A program made the translations under genes and the position numbers. 64,000 nucleotides of DNA from Bacillota bacterium (GTDB lineage: Bacteria > Bacillota > Clostridia > Oscillospirales > Oscillospiraceae). Of the stretch, positions 16,156 to 24,876 are shown piece by piece; within the stretch, counting starts at the first letter, position 1; every line of letters starts with the position of its first letter. Below the pieces are notes generated by a model that did no database searches, was not told where the DNA came from, and saw nothing but the letters and a program-made list of their open reading frames with translations. The stretch covers positions 253 through 64,252 of the forward strand of contig JAQXWB010000065.1 of assembly GCA_029225225.1 (NCBI GenBank), given 5' to 3'.

Positions 16156-17442
16156 TTACTTTTGAATGATCTCCAGTCCGCCCAGGTACTTACGCAGCAC
16201 CTCCGGCACCACAACCGAACCGTCGGCACGCTGGTTCTGCTCGACCATCGCCGGGAAAATACGAGAGGTTGCCAGACCGGAGCCGTTCAGCGTGTGGACA
16301 AACTCTGTCTTGCCTGTTGCCTCGCGGCGGAAACGGATGTTGCCGCGCCGCGCCTGATAGTCACGGGCGTTCGAAACCGAGGAGACCTCCTTATAGCCGT
16401 TCATGGACGGGATCTGAATCTCAATGTCGTAGGTACGCGCCATGGATGCCGAGCAGTCACCTGCGGCGAGCTTGACGGTGCGGAAGTGGAAGCCGAGATC
16501 GCGTACAATGGCCTCCGCCTTGCCGACCAGCTCCTCAAATGCCTCGTCGGACTTCTCGGGCAGGGTATACTGGAACATCTCCACCTTGTTGAACTGATGC
16601 CCGCGCACCATGCCGCGCTCGTCCGCGCGGTGCGAGCCTGCCTCGCGGCGGAAGCAGGGGGTATAGGCAAAGAGCTTATGGGGCAGCTCCGCCTCCGTCA
16701 GAATTTCTCCGCGATGCAGCGAGGCGAGTGCTGTCTCGGCGGTCGGGAGCATAAAGTGCATCCGATCATCCGTCGGATTTTCGATCTTATAGACCTCGTC
16801 GGCAAATTTTGGGAACTGTCCCGCCGTTTCGCCGCATTGGTACTCGAGCATATGCGGAAGAATGACCATTTCGTAGCCGTCGCGCAGATGGCAGTCGATG
16901 AAATAGTTGAGCAATGCCCATTCCAACCGCGCGCCCAGCCCGCGATAGATCCAAAAGCCGGAGCCTGCCAGCCGTGTGCCGCGCTCATAGTCGATCAGTC
17001 CGAGGTCGGTGCAGAGGTCAACATGGTGCTTCGGTTCAAAATCAAACTTGTGCGGCTCGCCGTTATAGCGCAGCGGCTCGTTATTCTCCTTGCCGCCCGG
17101 CTTGAGATCGGGGTCGGGGAGATTGGGAAGGGAGAGCATCAGTGTGCGGTATTCCGCCTCGACCTCGGTCAGCGCCTTGTCGTTTTCCGCAATCTGCGCC
17201 TTCAGCTCCGCCATACGTTTGAAAATCGGCGCGACATCTTCGCCCGCCTTTTTCTTCATCGGGATTTCCTTCGAGACGCGGTTCTGTTCCGCCTTATCCG
17301 TCTCTGTTTCGAGAATCAGCGCGCGGCGCTTGGCGTCCAGCTCCAAAATACGGTCAATCTGTGCGTCGCAATCGACCTCCTTTGCCCGAAGCCCTGCCTT
17401 GACTGCCTCGGGATTGTCCTTGATTCGCTTGATATCCAGCAT
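16156..17442 (-). CDS. serS: serine--tRNA ligase
   Basis: MLDIKRIKDNPEAV start with a coiled-coil arm. Class II motifs (TPCFRREAGS, GSGLATSR). In-frame ATG 17442 verified (track ORF extended to 17775). Confidence 0.95.
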   Translation of the reverse strand: MLDIKRIKDNPEAVKAGLRAKEVDCDAQIDRILELDAKRRALILETETDKAEQNRVSKEIPMKKKAGEDVAPIFKRMAELKAQIAENDKALTEVEAEYRTLMLSLPNLPDPDLKPGGKENNEPLRYNGEPHKFDFEPKHHVDLCTDLGLIDYERGTRLAGSGFWIYRGLGARLEWALLNYFIDCHLRDGYEMVILPHMLEYQCGETAGQFPKFADEVYKIENPTDDRMHFMLPTAETALASLHRGEILTEAELPHKLFAYTPCFRREAGSHRADERGMVRGHQFNKVEMFQYTLPEKSDEAFEELVGKAEAIVRDLGFHFRTVKLAAGDCSASMARTYDIEIQIPSMNGYKEVSSVSNARDYQARRGNIRFRREATGKTEFVHTLNGSGLATSRIFPAMVEQNQRADGSVVVPEVLRKYLGGLEIIQK

Positions 17443-17503
17443 GTTTTCCACCTCAAATGAAATAATATCTGTAACAGAAATTATAATGAAATTCTCTGCC
17501 GCC

Positions 17504-17938
17504 TCAGGGCAGCTTGTCCAGCAGGGCGTCATAGAGCTGCGCCGTCTCGTCAGACAGCGCGTCGGCATAGCCCTCCAGCTCTGCCATATAGCCGTGGAAG
17601 GAAACCGTGTTTTGCGTCTGCCACGCATTTTGCGCCAGTGCCAAAAGCTCGGCAGCCTTTGCGCTGCGTACCGTCGTGTCCAGCTCGGCGCGGAGCTGCT
17701 CGTTTTCGCTGTGCGCCGTCTCCAGCTCGTCTTCCATCTCTTCGATGTTTTCTCGCGCGCCGCTGTTTGCCGCATTCAAATCGTCCTGCATGGTATGTAC
17801 CTTCACCAGCAGCGACAGCGCTACCAGCAAAAAGGCGACCGCAAACATAATGCCTAAGTACTCCAACATAGCGCGCTTCTTTCGGGGGGAGAGCGGCGCC
17901 TCCTCGGTTTCCTTCATCTTTTGCACTTGTTCAGACAT
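17504..17938 (-). CDS. membrane-anchored coiled-coil protein, function unknown
   Basis: 144 aa with one TM (YLGIMFAVAFLLVALSLLV) followed by heptad-like acidic repeats. Its ATG overlaps the parB stop by 8 nt. Confidence 0.55.
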   Translation of the reverse strand: MSEQVQKMKETEEAPLSPRKKRAMLEYLGIMFAVAFLLVALSLLVKVHTMQDDLNAANSGARENIEEMEDELETAHSENEQLRAELDTTVRSAKAAELLALAQNAWQTQNTVSFHGYMAELEGYADALSDETAQLYDALLDKLP

Positions 17939-18812
17939 TTGCTTCCTCCGTGCGCGGCAATGCTAACAGCGCGTCATACAGGCGCTGTAGATCGTCCTCG
18001 CCGTAAAATTCCAACTCAAAACGCCCCTTGCGCTTGCCGCTGACGATTTTGACGCGCCGCCCAAGCTGCTTTGTCAGCATCTTTTCGCACTCGCCGACAT
18101 AATCGACAGCCGGTGCGGGCTTTGCTTTTTGCGGCTTCTCCTCTGCCGCCATGCGCTTGCACATGGCTTCCGCCTGCCGCACGGACAGCCGCAGCGCGAT
18201 GATTTTCTGCGCTGCCGCCTTTTGCAGACGTTCGTTTGGCAGGGACAGTACTGCGCGGGCGTGCCCTGCGGAGAGAGTTCCGTTCTCTACCAGCTCGCGC
18301 ACCTCGTCTGGCAGTGCGAGCAGACGCAGCGCATTTGTGACCGCCGGGCGTGATTTTCCCACCCGCGCCGCCGCCTGCTCCTGCGTCAGACCGTATTCCT
18401 CCATCAAAACGCGGTAGCCCTCCGCCTCTTCCATCGGGTTGAGATCCTGCCGCTGCAAGTTTTCAATGAGCGCAAGCTCCATCACCGTTCTGTCATCCGC
18501 TTCCAGAACGACGACCGGCACTTCCTCCAAACCTGCCATTCGCGCCGCTCGCCAACGGCGTTCACCGGCGATGATCTGATAAAAGCCGCCGTCCAGCGCG
18601 CGCACCGCAAGAGGCTGCAAGATGCCATGCTCCGCGATGGAGTCGGCAAGCGCTTGCAGCTCCGCCTCGTCAAAGCTCCTGCGGGGCTGGTTCGGGTTCG
18701 GCTCGACCTTTTGCAGGGGCAGCGATGTAATTGTATCCGATGCGGGCGCAGCGGAAAAGTCGTCGATCAGTGCGCCGAGACCTTTCCCAAGCCCCCGTTG
18801 CTTTGTTGCCAT
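17931..18812 (-). CDS. parB: chromosome partitioning protein ParB/Spo0J
   Basis: GLGKGLGALI N-terminus, ParB box IIAGERRWRAA, HTH. AGGAGGAA RBS. Confidence 0.9.
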   Translation of the reverse strand: MATKQRGLGKGLGALIDDFSAAPASDTITSLPLQKVEPNPNQPRRSFDEAELQALADSIAEHGILQPLAVRALDGGFYQIIAGERRWRAARMAGLEEVPVVVLEADDRTVMELALIENLQRQDLNPMEEAEGYRVLMEEYGLTQEQAAARVGKSRPAVTNALRLLALPDEVRELVENGTLSAGHARAVLSLPNERLQKAAAQKIIALRLSVRQAEAMCKRMAAEEKPQKAKPAPAVDYVGECEKMLTKQLGRRVKIVSGKRKGRFELEFYGEDDLQRLYDALLALPRTEEANV

Positions 18813-18823
18813 TTTGGTTCCTC

Positions 18824-19597
18824 CTATCGCGCGACCGCCGCGCCGTCCCGCTTCAGAATCTCCTCCGCTACGCTGAGGTATGCGACCGCGCCGCGTGAGC
18901 TTTTGTCATAAGCGGTTACCGGCAGACCGTGACTCGGCGCTTCGGCAAGCCGCACATTCCGCGGAATGACTGCGGCAAACACCTTGCCGGGGAAGTGGCG
19001 GCGCACCTCCTGCGCAACCTGATTTGAAAAATTCGTCCGTCCGTCAAACATCGTCAGCAGCACGCCGAAAATCTCTAACTTCGGGTTCAATCGCCGCTTG
19101 ATGGCGCGAAGGGTAGACATTAAATCGGATAAACCCTCAAGGGCGTAATACTCGCACTGCACGGGGATCAGAATGCTGTCTGCCGCGCACAGCGCGTTGA
19201 GCGTAAGCAGCTCGAGTGACGGCGGACAGTCAATAAAAATATAATCGTAGGCATAGCGCAGCGCGTCGAGCTGTGTTTTCAGCCGATATTCGCGTTTTTC
19301 GAGAGAAATCAATTCCACGGATGCGCCTGCCAGTGCTGCGGTCGAGGGAATGACATCTCCGAAATCCGTCTTGACGACGCATTTTTCAGGCATAACGCCG
19401 CCGATCACCATCTCGTAAGCGCCGTTTGTGACCTGACGCTTTTCAACGCCGAGTCCCGAGGTTGCGTTTGCCTGCGGGTCAAAATCGCACAGCAACACTC
19501 GCGCGCCCGAGGCGGCAAGCGCTGCGGTCAGGTTAACGGCGCTTGTCGTTTTCCCGACACCGCCTTTTTGGTTGACGACCGCGATGATCTTGCCCAT
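18824..19597 (-). CDS. parA: chromosome partitioning ATPase ParA/Soj
   Basis: Deviant Walker A NQKGGVGKTT. Immediately upstream of parB. AAGGAGG RBS. Confidence 0.9.
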   Translation of the reverse strand: MGKIIAVVNQKGGVGKTTSAVNLTAALAASGARVLLCDFDPQANATSGLGVEKRQVTNGAYEMVIGGVMPEKCVVKTDFGDVIPSTAALAGASVELISLEKREYRLKTQLDALRYAYDYIFIDCPPSLELLTLNALCAADSILIPVQCEYYALEGLSDLMSTLRAIKRRLNPKLEIFGVLLTMFDGRTNFSNQVAQEVRRHFPGKVFAAVIPRNVRLAEAPSHGLPVTAYDKSSRGAVAYLSVAEEILKRDGAAVAR

Positions 19598-19696
19598 TGC
19601 GCCGCCTCCTTTTCTTTCTTTTCGCTTCCTTTAATCATAGCACAGTCGAATCGGTTTTGCAACTGTTTCCCCCAAATCAAAAAATAAAAATTCCTA

Positions 19697-19712
19697 TGTT
19701 TCACGTGAAACA
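19697..19712. other. parS: parS centromere-like site 1
   Basis: TGTTTCACGTGAAACA matches the Firmicute parS consensus TGTTNCACGTGAAACA. It is embedded in a perfect 28-bp palindrome (19691-19718), 100 bp upstream of parA. Confidence 0.85.
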
Positions 19713-19727
19713 TAGGAATGGAAAAAA

Positions 19728-20297
19728 TCAGTATTCGCGGATGACCGCGCGGACTTTGCCTAAGATCACCGCCTCACGCCCGTCAATAGGGGAATAGGCG
19801 GGATTCTCCGGCATGAGCCAAACCTCGCCGTTCTTTCGACAGAGCCGCTTCACGGTGGCCTCGTCGCCGAGCAGCGCTACAACGATATCACCGTGGTCTG
19901 CGGTTTGCTGCGCGCGGACAATGACCTTATCTCCGTTCAAAATTCCCGCCTCGATCATCGAATCTCCACGCACCCGAAGCGCGAAACAGCCCTCCTCCGC
20001 GTTCCACGGGAGATATCCTTCGATGTTTTCCACGGCAAGGATCGGCTGACCTGCCGTGACAACGCCGACAATCGGCACACCCTGCGGCGCGGTTACGGAA
20101 ATGGCGCGGTTCTTTGAGCCGTCAACGGATATCTCCCCAAGTCGATCTAATTCGGAGAGATGATAATGCACCGACGCGGTAGAACGCAGCCCGACGGCCT
20201 GCATGATCTCCCGCACCGTCGGGGGATACCCGTTTTGCGCGGTGTATTCTCTTAAATACGCAAGAATTTCCTCCCGCTTTGTGCTTTTGCGTCCCAT
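19728..20297 (-). CDS. lexA: LexA repressor
   Basis: wHTH N-domain (GYPPTVREIMQAVGLRSTASVHYHL), an Ala-Gly cleavage context (VTAGQPI), and S24 peptidase Ser (RVRGDSM) and Lys (ATVKRL). Confidence 0.9.
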   Translation of the reverse strand: MGRKSTKREEILAYLREYTAQNGYPPTVREIMQAVGLRSTASVHYHLSELDRLGEISVDGSKNRAISVTAPQGVPIVGVVTAGQPILAVENIEGYLPWNAEEGCFALRVRGDSMIEAGILNGDKVIVRAQQTADHGDIVVALLGDEATVKRLCRKNGEVWLMPENPAYSPIDGREAVILGKVRAVIREY

Positions 20298-20382
20298 AGC
20301 TTCATCTCCCGTAAAGTCGTTATCGAATCTGTCCTTTTCGCATTTCGTATCATTCAGTGAGGTTACCCTCTTCTACCTTTAT

Positions 20383-20550
20383 CTTGGGAACCTCTGAACA
20401 AATCGGTTGCGGCGCTCACCGGAGCTTTTACCGCAACTCTTCGGTTCGAAAATCTTGAAATACAAAAAGTATTCCTCCGGTTTTCCAACCACAATTTGCG
20501 GCAAAATTCCTCGCCGACCGCTCTTGCAGATTGATTCAGAGCTTCCCTGG
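20383..20550 (+). repeat. F2 element copy a (about 168-bp long imperfect hairpin/MITE-like)
   Basis: About 85% identical by eye to 35693-35858, in the same orientation. Termini are GGGAAnCTCTGAA ... TTCAGAGCTTCCC. Central palindrome GAAATACAAAAAGTATTCC. Confidence 0.8.
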
Positions 20551-20558
20551 AAATGATA

Positions 20559-20742
20559 TGTAGGGCAGGGACATGTTCAAGCCGGCCGCGTAAGCGGCAG
20601 ACAGTGCGAATGACCAAGTTTGTACGCAATTGGTAGTTCCTGCACGCGCCGAGGACATGTCCCCCCCTACATGGAGTTTTTGACAATGCTGTGAGATTCC
20701 CTATACTGTCATTGCTAGCCGAGGAGCGAGGCGTGGCAATCT
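20559..20742. repeat. Repeat locus R7 (degenerate C - K - Crev - A1 variant)
   Basis: TGTAGGGCAGGGACATGTTC...TTTGTACGCAATTGGTAGTTCCTGCACGCGCCGAGGACATGTCCCCCCCTACA...GTCATTGCTAGCCGAGGAGCGAGGCGTGGCAATCT. Confidence 0.8.
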
Positions 20743-20797
20743 GCGGCATCTATATCTATACTATAGCACAATAAAAACGGGATTGCAAACATTTGTT

Positions 20798-21679
20798 TTA
20801 AAAAATGCCCTCAAAATTAAAATCCGGCAGAAATTCCGTTGTTGCGGAAGAAAACTCCTGTGTGTAGCCGTTTATCACGCCGCAAAGCTCCATCCATGAT
20901 ACTGCACCGTCGTATTCCGCCTGCGTTAGGGTCCTGTCGAGCGGCGGCTTTTGCGCGCCCATCGGTACGTACTGACACATCAGAGAAAACAGCACATCCC
21001 TTTTCGGGAAGCTGTCCGCGACCCATTCAATGACCCGCAGCGTATTCTCCAAATACCCCGGTAATACCAAATGACGGATTAAAACGCCGCGCAGCAGAAT
21101 TCCGTTCTCGATCACAACGCCGCCGGTCTGTCGATACATCTCCAAGATCGCCGCGGTTGCTGTTTCAAAATAATCCGGCGCGCGGGACAGCTCTGCCGCG
21201 AGTGCGTTGTCGGCATATTTGAAATCGGGCAGATATACGTCAATTTTTCCATCCAGCTCCCGCAGCGTTTCAACCCGCTCATAGCCGCCGCAGTTCATCA
21301 CGACCGGCACGGGCAGCTTCGGCGTGAGCGCAGGCAGGATAGAGGGTAAAAAATGCGTCGGCGTTACAAGGTCGATAGTCTCCGCACCTTGCGCGATCAG
21401 ACGATCAAAAATCTCCCGCAAATGCGCAGCGGATACCGCGACGCCGCGAGCGCCAACGGAGATTTCTGCGTTTTGGCAAAAGGAACAGCGCAGTGTACAG
21501 CCGCTGAAAAAGACCGCACCGGTGCCTTTTTTGCCGCTGATCACCGGTTCTTCGCCATGATGCAGCATCGCCCGCGCAAGCGTTGGCTCGGCAGGCATTT
21601 GACAAAAGCCGCGCTCTCCCTGCAAGCGATTTACTCCGCATCGGCGCGGACAGAGGGCGCAGTTTTCATAGGTCAGCAT
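20798..21679 (-). CDS. radical SAM protein, PflX-like (pyruvate formate-lyase activase homolog)
   Basis: N-terminal CALCPRRCGVNR...GFCQ plus the radical-SAM CTLRCSFCQN motif. Confidence 0.75.
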   Translation of the reverse strand: MLTYENCALCPRRCGVNRLQGERGFCQMPAEPTLARAMLHHGEEPVISGKKGTGAVFFSGCTLRCSFCQNAEISVGARGVAVSAAHLREIFDRLIAQGAETIDLVTPTHFLPSILPALTPKLPVPVVMNCGGYERVETLRELDGKIDVYLPDFKYADNALAAELSRAPDYFETATAAILEMYRQTGGVVIENGILLRGVLIRHLVLPGYLENTLRVIEWVADSFPKRDVLFSLMCQYVPMGAQKPPLDRTLTQAEYDGAVSWMELCGVINGYTQEFSSATTEFLPDFNFEGIF

Positions 21680-21790
21680 AAAATTCCTCCGATTTCGGAT
21701 TTACGAAAGCTTAAGAGTATGGTACAATAATAACAGATAACGCCGCGTCTGCCAAGCCTGAATTTCCGGCGCGGATAAAACAAAAAAGAA

Positions 21791-21806
21791 TGTTTCACGT
21801 GAAACA
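21791..21806. other. parS: parS centromere-like site 2
   Basis: Identical 16-mer TGTTTCACGTGAAACA, 14 nt upstream of the rlmD start. Confidence 0.85.
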
Positions 21807-21819
21807 AAGGAAAAATGCC

Positions 21820-23169
21820 ATGAAGAAAAATGAAATCTACCGCGCGGAGGTCACGGGCTTTACCAGCGAAGGACTCGGCGTATGCCGTGTGGACGGCTGC
21901 GCGGTCTTTGTGCCGAACGCCGCGCCCGATGAGGAATATGAGCTGCGCATTACCCACGTCGGAAAGAATGCAGCGCACGGGAAAATTGAAAAGATTCTCC
22001 GCCGTTCGCCGGAGCGGATCAATCGCCGCTGCCCTTACGCGAAGCAATGCGGCGGCTGCGAATTCTGGCACCTGACCTATGAGGTGGAGACACAGATCAA
22101 AAAGCAGCGTGTCCTTGACGCTTTGAATAGAATCGGCGGACAGAACCTGAACGATCTGCCGATCACACCCGCGCCGACCTGTGAAAGCTATCGTAATAAA
22201 GCCCTCTATCCCGTTGCAGCAGGAAAAAAAGGACTTGTCGCAGGGTTTTATAAAAAGGGAACGCACGAGGTCGTGCCGATTGACCGCTGTTTCATTTTGC
22301 CGGAGTGCGCAGACCGCGCTGTTGCCGCCGTTCTTGCATGGGCGAAGCAGGCGAAGGTCAGCGCGTATGACGAAACCACGCATACGGGACTTTTGCGCCA
22401 TATCTTCGTCCGTCACGCCGAAATGACAAAACAGGTGATGGTCTGCCTCGTCGTCACCCGCGACGAAATCCCAAAAAAGGAGCTGCTATTGTCACTCCTG
22501 CAAGAAAATGTCAAAGGTCTTGCATCAGTCGCAGTGAATGTCAACCCGCGCCGAGGCAACGCCGTCCTCGGAGATACGACGCGCATTGTATGGGGTAAGG
22601 ATGCGATTGAGGACGTCCTGTGCGGACTGCGCTTCCGCATTTCGCCGCGCTCGTTCTATCAGGTCAACCGCACGCAGGCGGAAAAGCTGTATGAAAAAGC
22701 CCTCGAAGCTGCCGACCTGCACGGCACGGAACGCGTCCTCGACCTCTACTGCGGCACGGGAACGATCACCCTCTGCCTCGCCAAACGCGCCAAAAGCGTC
22801 ATCGGCGTCGAGCTGATCGAGGCAGCGATCCAAGACGCAAAGAAAAACGCCCGCCGCAACGGCATCGAAAACGCCCGCTTCTTCTGCGCCGACGCAGGGG
22901 AGGCAGCAAAAAAACTCGCGCAGGAAAATGAGCTGCCCGACGTGATCGTCGTTGACCCCCCGCGCAAGGGCCTGTCCGCCGATGTCATAGAGGCCATCGC
23001 CCAAATGTCCCCAACCCGCGTTGTCTATGTCTCCTGTGACCCCGCCACCCTCGCCCGCGACCTCCGCCTCCTCGAAGAACGCGGCTATCAACTAAAGCGC
23101 GCCGAAGCCTTAGACCTCTTCCCCCGCTGCGCCCATATTGAAACGGTGTGCTTATTGTCTCGACAATAA
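21820..23169 (+). CDS. rlmD: 23S rRNA (uracil-5-)-methyltransferase RlmD/RumA
   Basis: TRAM-like N-domain, Fe-S cysteines (C...CGGC), SAM motif DLYCGTGT, DPPRKG, CDPATLARD. Start at MKKNEIY (track ORF begins inside the parS site). Confidence 0.85.
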   Translation: MKKNEIYRAEVTGFTSEGLGVCRVDGCAVFVPNAAPDEEYELRITHVGKNAAHGKIEKILRRSPERINRRCPYAKQCGGCEFWHLTYEVETQIKKQRVLDALNRIGGQNLNDLPITPAPTCESYRNKALYPVAAGKKGLVAGFYKKGTHEVVPIDRCFILPECADRAVAAVLAWAKQAKVSAYDETTHTGLLRHIFVRHAEMTKQVMVCLVVTRDEIPKKELLLSLLQENVKGLASVAVNVNPRRGNAVLGDTTRIVWGKDAIEDVLCGLRFRISPRSFYQVNRTQAEKLYEKALEAADLHGTERVLDLYCGTGTITLCLAKRAKSVIGVELIEAAIQDAKKNARRNGIENARFFCADAGEAAKKLAQENELPDVIVVDPPRKGLSADVIEAIAQMSPTRVVYVSCDPATLARDLRLLEERGYQLKRAEALDLFPRCAHIETVCLLSRQ

Positions 23170-23293
23170 GGCAGCAAAGGAGAGCGTATTGCGTCGAGGG
23201 GAGATTCCTTAACACAGACAGCCACAGTGAAAAAGAAAACGTGATTTCAGAAGCAATGAGATACTTTGGAATGCTCTGACATAGGAGACAACG

Positions 23294-23923
23294 ATGAGAT
23301 TTACAAATGTTTATTTTATCAACGGCACGGCCTATGCAGGAAAGTCCACCTTGGTGAAGCTGTTAGCGGAAAAGTACGGTGGTATCGCCTGCGAAGAAAA
23401 CTACCATGACAGCATGGTTGCAGACTTGGACGCGAAGGAATTTCCAAATCTGACGTACACCCGTGATTTGCAAAATTGGAGCGATTTTATTCGGCGGACA
23501 CCGGACGAGTACGAGGCGTGGGTCGATGGAGTAACCATGGAATGTGCCGCGCTGGAACTGAAAATTTTGGAGAAATTGAGCCAAACCGGGCAAAAAATCT
23601 TCGTTGACACCAACATCCCGGCGGAGATGCTTCGTGAAATTTCCGATGACAAGCATGTGCTGATTATGCTGGCTGATCCGAACATTTCCGTCAACCGTTT
23701 CTTTGACAGACCGGACAGAGAAAAGCAGTTTTTATACCAATTGCTTTTGCAGGAGGATGATCCCCAAGCGGCGATGGAGAATTTCCGAGAATGTCTGCGC
23801 CGGATCAATTCCAAGGAGCGATATGAGGCTTTTTATAACGCCGGTTTCTCTGTCATTGTCAGAGACGACAACAGGAGCATAGAAGAAACACTCAAATTGG
23901 CAGAGCAGGCATTCGAACTATAA
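23294..23923 (+). CDS. P-loop NTPase/kinase-like protein, function unknown
   Basis: Walker A GTAYAGKST at residues 11-19, 209 aa. AT-richer codon usage than its neighbours. Confidence 0.55.
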   Translation: MRFTNVYFINGTAYAGKSTLVKLLAEKYGGIACEENYHDSMVADLDAKEFPNLTYTRDLQNWSDFIRRTPDEYEAWVDGVTMECAALELKILEKLSQTGQKIFVDTNIPAEMLREISDDKHVLIMLADPNISVNRFFDRPDREKQFLYQLLLQEDDPQAAMENFRECLRRINSKERYEAFYNAGFSVIVRDDNRSIEETLKLAEQAFEL

Positions 23924-23931
23924 TTCCTCCC

Positions 23932-23977
23932 GTAGGGCACGGCGACTCGGCGTGCCGTCCGCGAAGCGGCAGACAGG
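23932..23977. repeat. Degenerate C-type fragment inside the AT-rich islet
   Basis: GTAGGGCACGGCGACTCGGCGTGCCGTCCGCGAAGCGGCAGACAGG. Compare 53271-53308: GTAGGGCGGGGACATGCCCCCGCCGTCCGCGAAGCGGCAGACGG. Confidence 0.6.
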
Positions 23978-24080
23978 GAAAGCAAGCATATTAGTGCGTC
24001 AAGGGGACGTATCCGTTGACACACTTTTTCAGAGAGGATTTGCCCTTGGGTTCTGTCGCAAAAGGAGGAATATTTCTAAA

Positions 24081-24329
24081 ATGAGCAAGGTTTTACTGAC
24101 GGTCACTGAGAGTAGATGCAGGTGCGGGTATTTGAAGGCGGGGGATACCTTTGTTGTTGAGGATCTCTGCCCGCCGATTTGTCATGAGCTTTGGAATAAC
24201 ATATACCCGTCTGTGTATGCGTTACAAAACGGCGCGACATTGGACTACGGGAATAGCAAAGAGAAATGCTTTGACGCATTGTGTCCCGACGAAGGCAGGG
24301 TATGTATTCATGGGGAAGTCATGGAATGA
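24081..24329 (+). CDS. small Cys-rich protein (TIGR04076-like)
   Basis: 82 aa, AAAGGAGGAA RBS. Cys pattern CRCG...CPPIC...C...CPD...C resembles the TIGR04076 family as I recall it. Confidence 0.5.
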   Translation: MSKVLLTVTESRCRCGYLKAGDTFVVEDLCPPICHELWNNIYPSVYALQNGATLDYGNSKEKCFDALCPDEGRVCIHGEVME

Positions 24330-24636
24330 AAAAAGTGTCACGGGATCCGTCCCCATGGCACGCAAGCAGGGGTTCATCGACCAATTCAACAAAGTATGAG
24401 ACAAGCGCAGAGTAATGGGGCACGCCGATGCCTGTCCGCCGGTGCTTCGTGTTGAGGATTTTGACAAAACGGAATAGAAAAGATGGGATTGGTAAAAAAG
24501 TCACGGAAAGAGGTAGCCGGTGCAAAATGGCACCGGCTACAAAAATAAGCAGAAGAAACGACTGCTTCCGGTGGGGTAGCAGCCGTATCGTGGCAAAATA
24601 AAGGGCAAAAAACAATAATCCATACCGTGAAGTGAA

Positions 24637-24855
24637 TTTCAAGGAAAACGAGAAAGAATAGTCGGCAACAGGGCGTTGACAGAGCTTGACAAAAGTGACA
24701 GCAGCTTCGTAAAAAACTTTCAAGTAAACAAGGGAAACTTTCAAGTAGCATTTGCGCTACAAAAGAAAATAGGCTATATCTTGTTGTTTTCCCTCAAAAA
24801 AGAAACAATATTTAGACTTTTTCACTTTCAAGTAGTACAAAGCAAATTTCAAGTA
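24637..24855 (+). repeat. TTTCAAG(T/G)A direct repeats (five copies) 3' of the AlbA_2 gene
   Basis: TTTCAAGG at 24637. TTTCAAGTA at 24718, 24739, 24826 and 24847. These form two pairs, each spaced exactly 21 bp. Confidence 0.85.
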
Positions 24856-24876
24856 AAACAAGAAAATTTACTACCC

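Noticed and set aside
17443-17503. T-box leader upstream of serS, which is common in Firmicutes.
   Set aside because: The intergenic gap is only about 60 nt and contains no T-box or terminator elements. serS is probably co-transcribed with the parAB-linked gene upstream.
20298-20400. LexA (SOS) box upstream of lexA.
   Set aside because: I could not find a CGAAC-N4-GTTCG or GAAC-N4-GTTC palindrome. The nearest candidate, CGAATCTGTCCTTTTCG, has the wrong spacing. A PWM scan is needed before claiming either presence or absence.
24513-24540. Strong hairpin GTAGCCGGTGC-aaaatg-GCACCGGCTAC as a terminator for the TIGR04076-like or AlbA_2 gene.
   Set aside because: On the plus strand it is followed by an A-run rather than a T-run. 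On the minus strand the T-run precedes it. It is therefore not a canonical intrinsic terminator in either direction, and its function is unknown.
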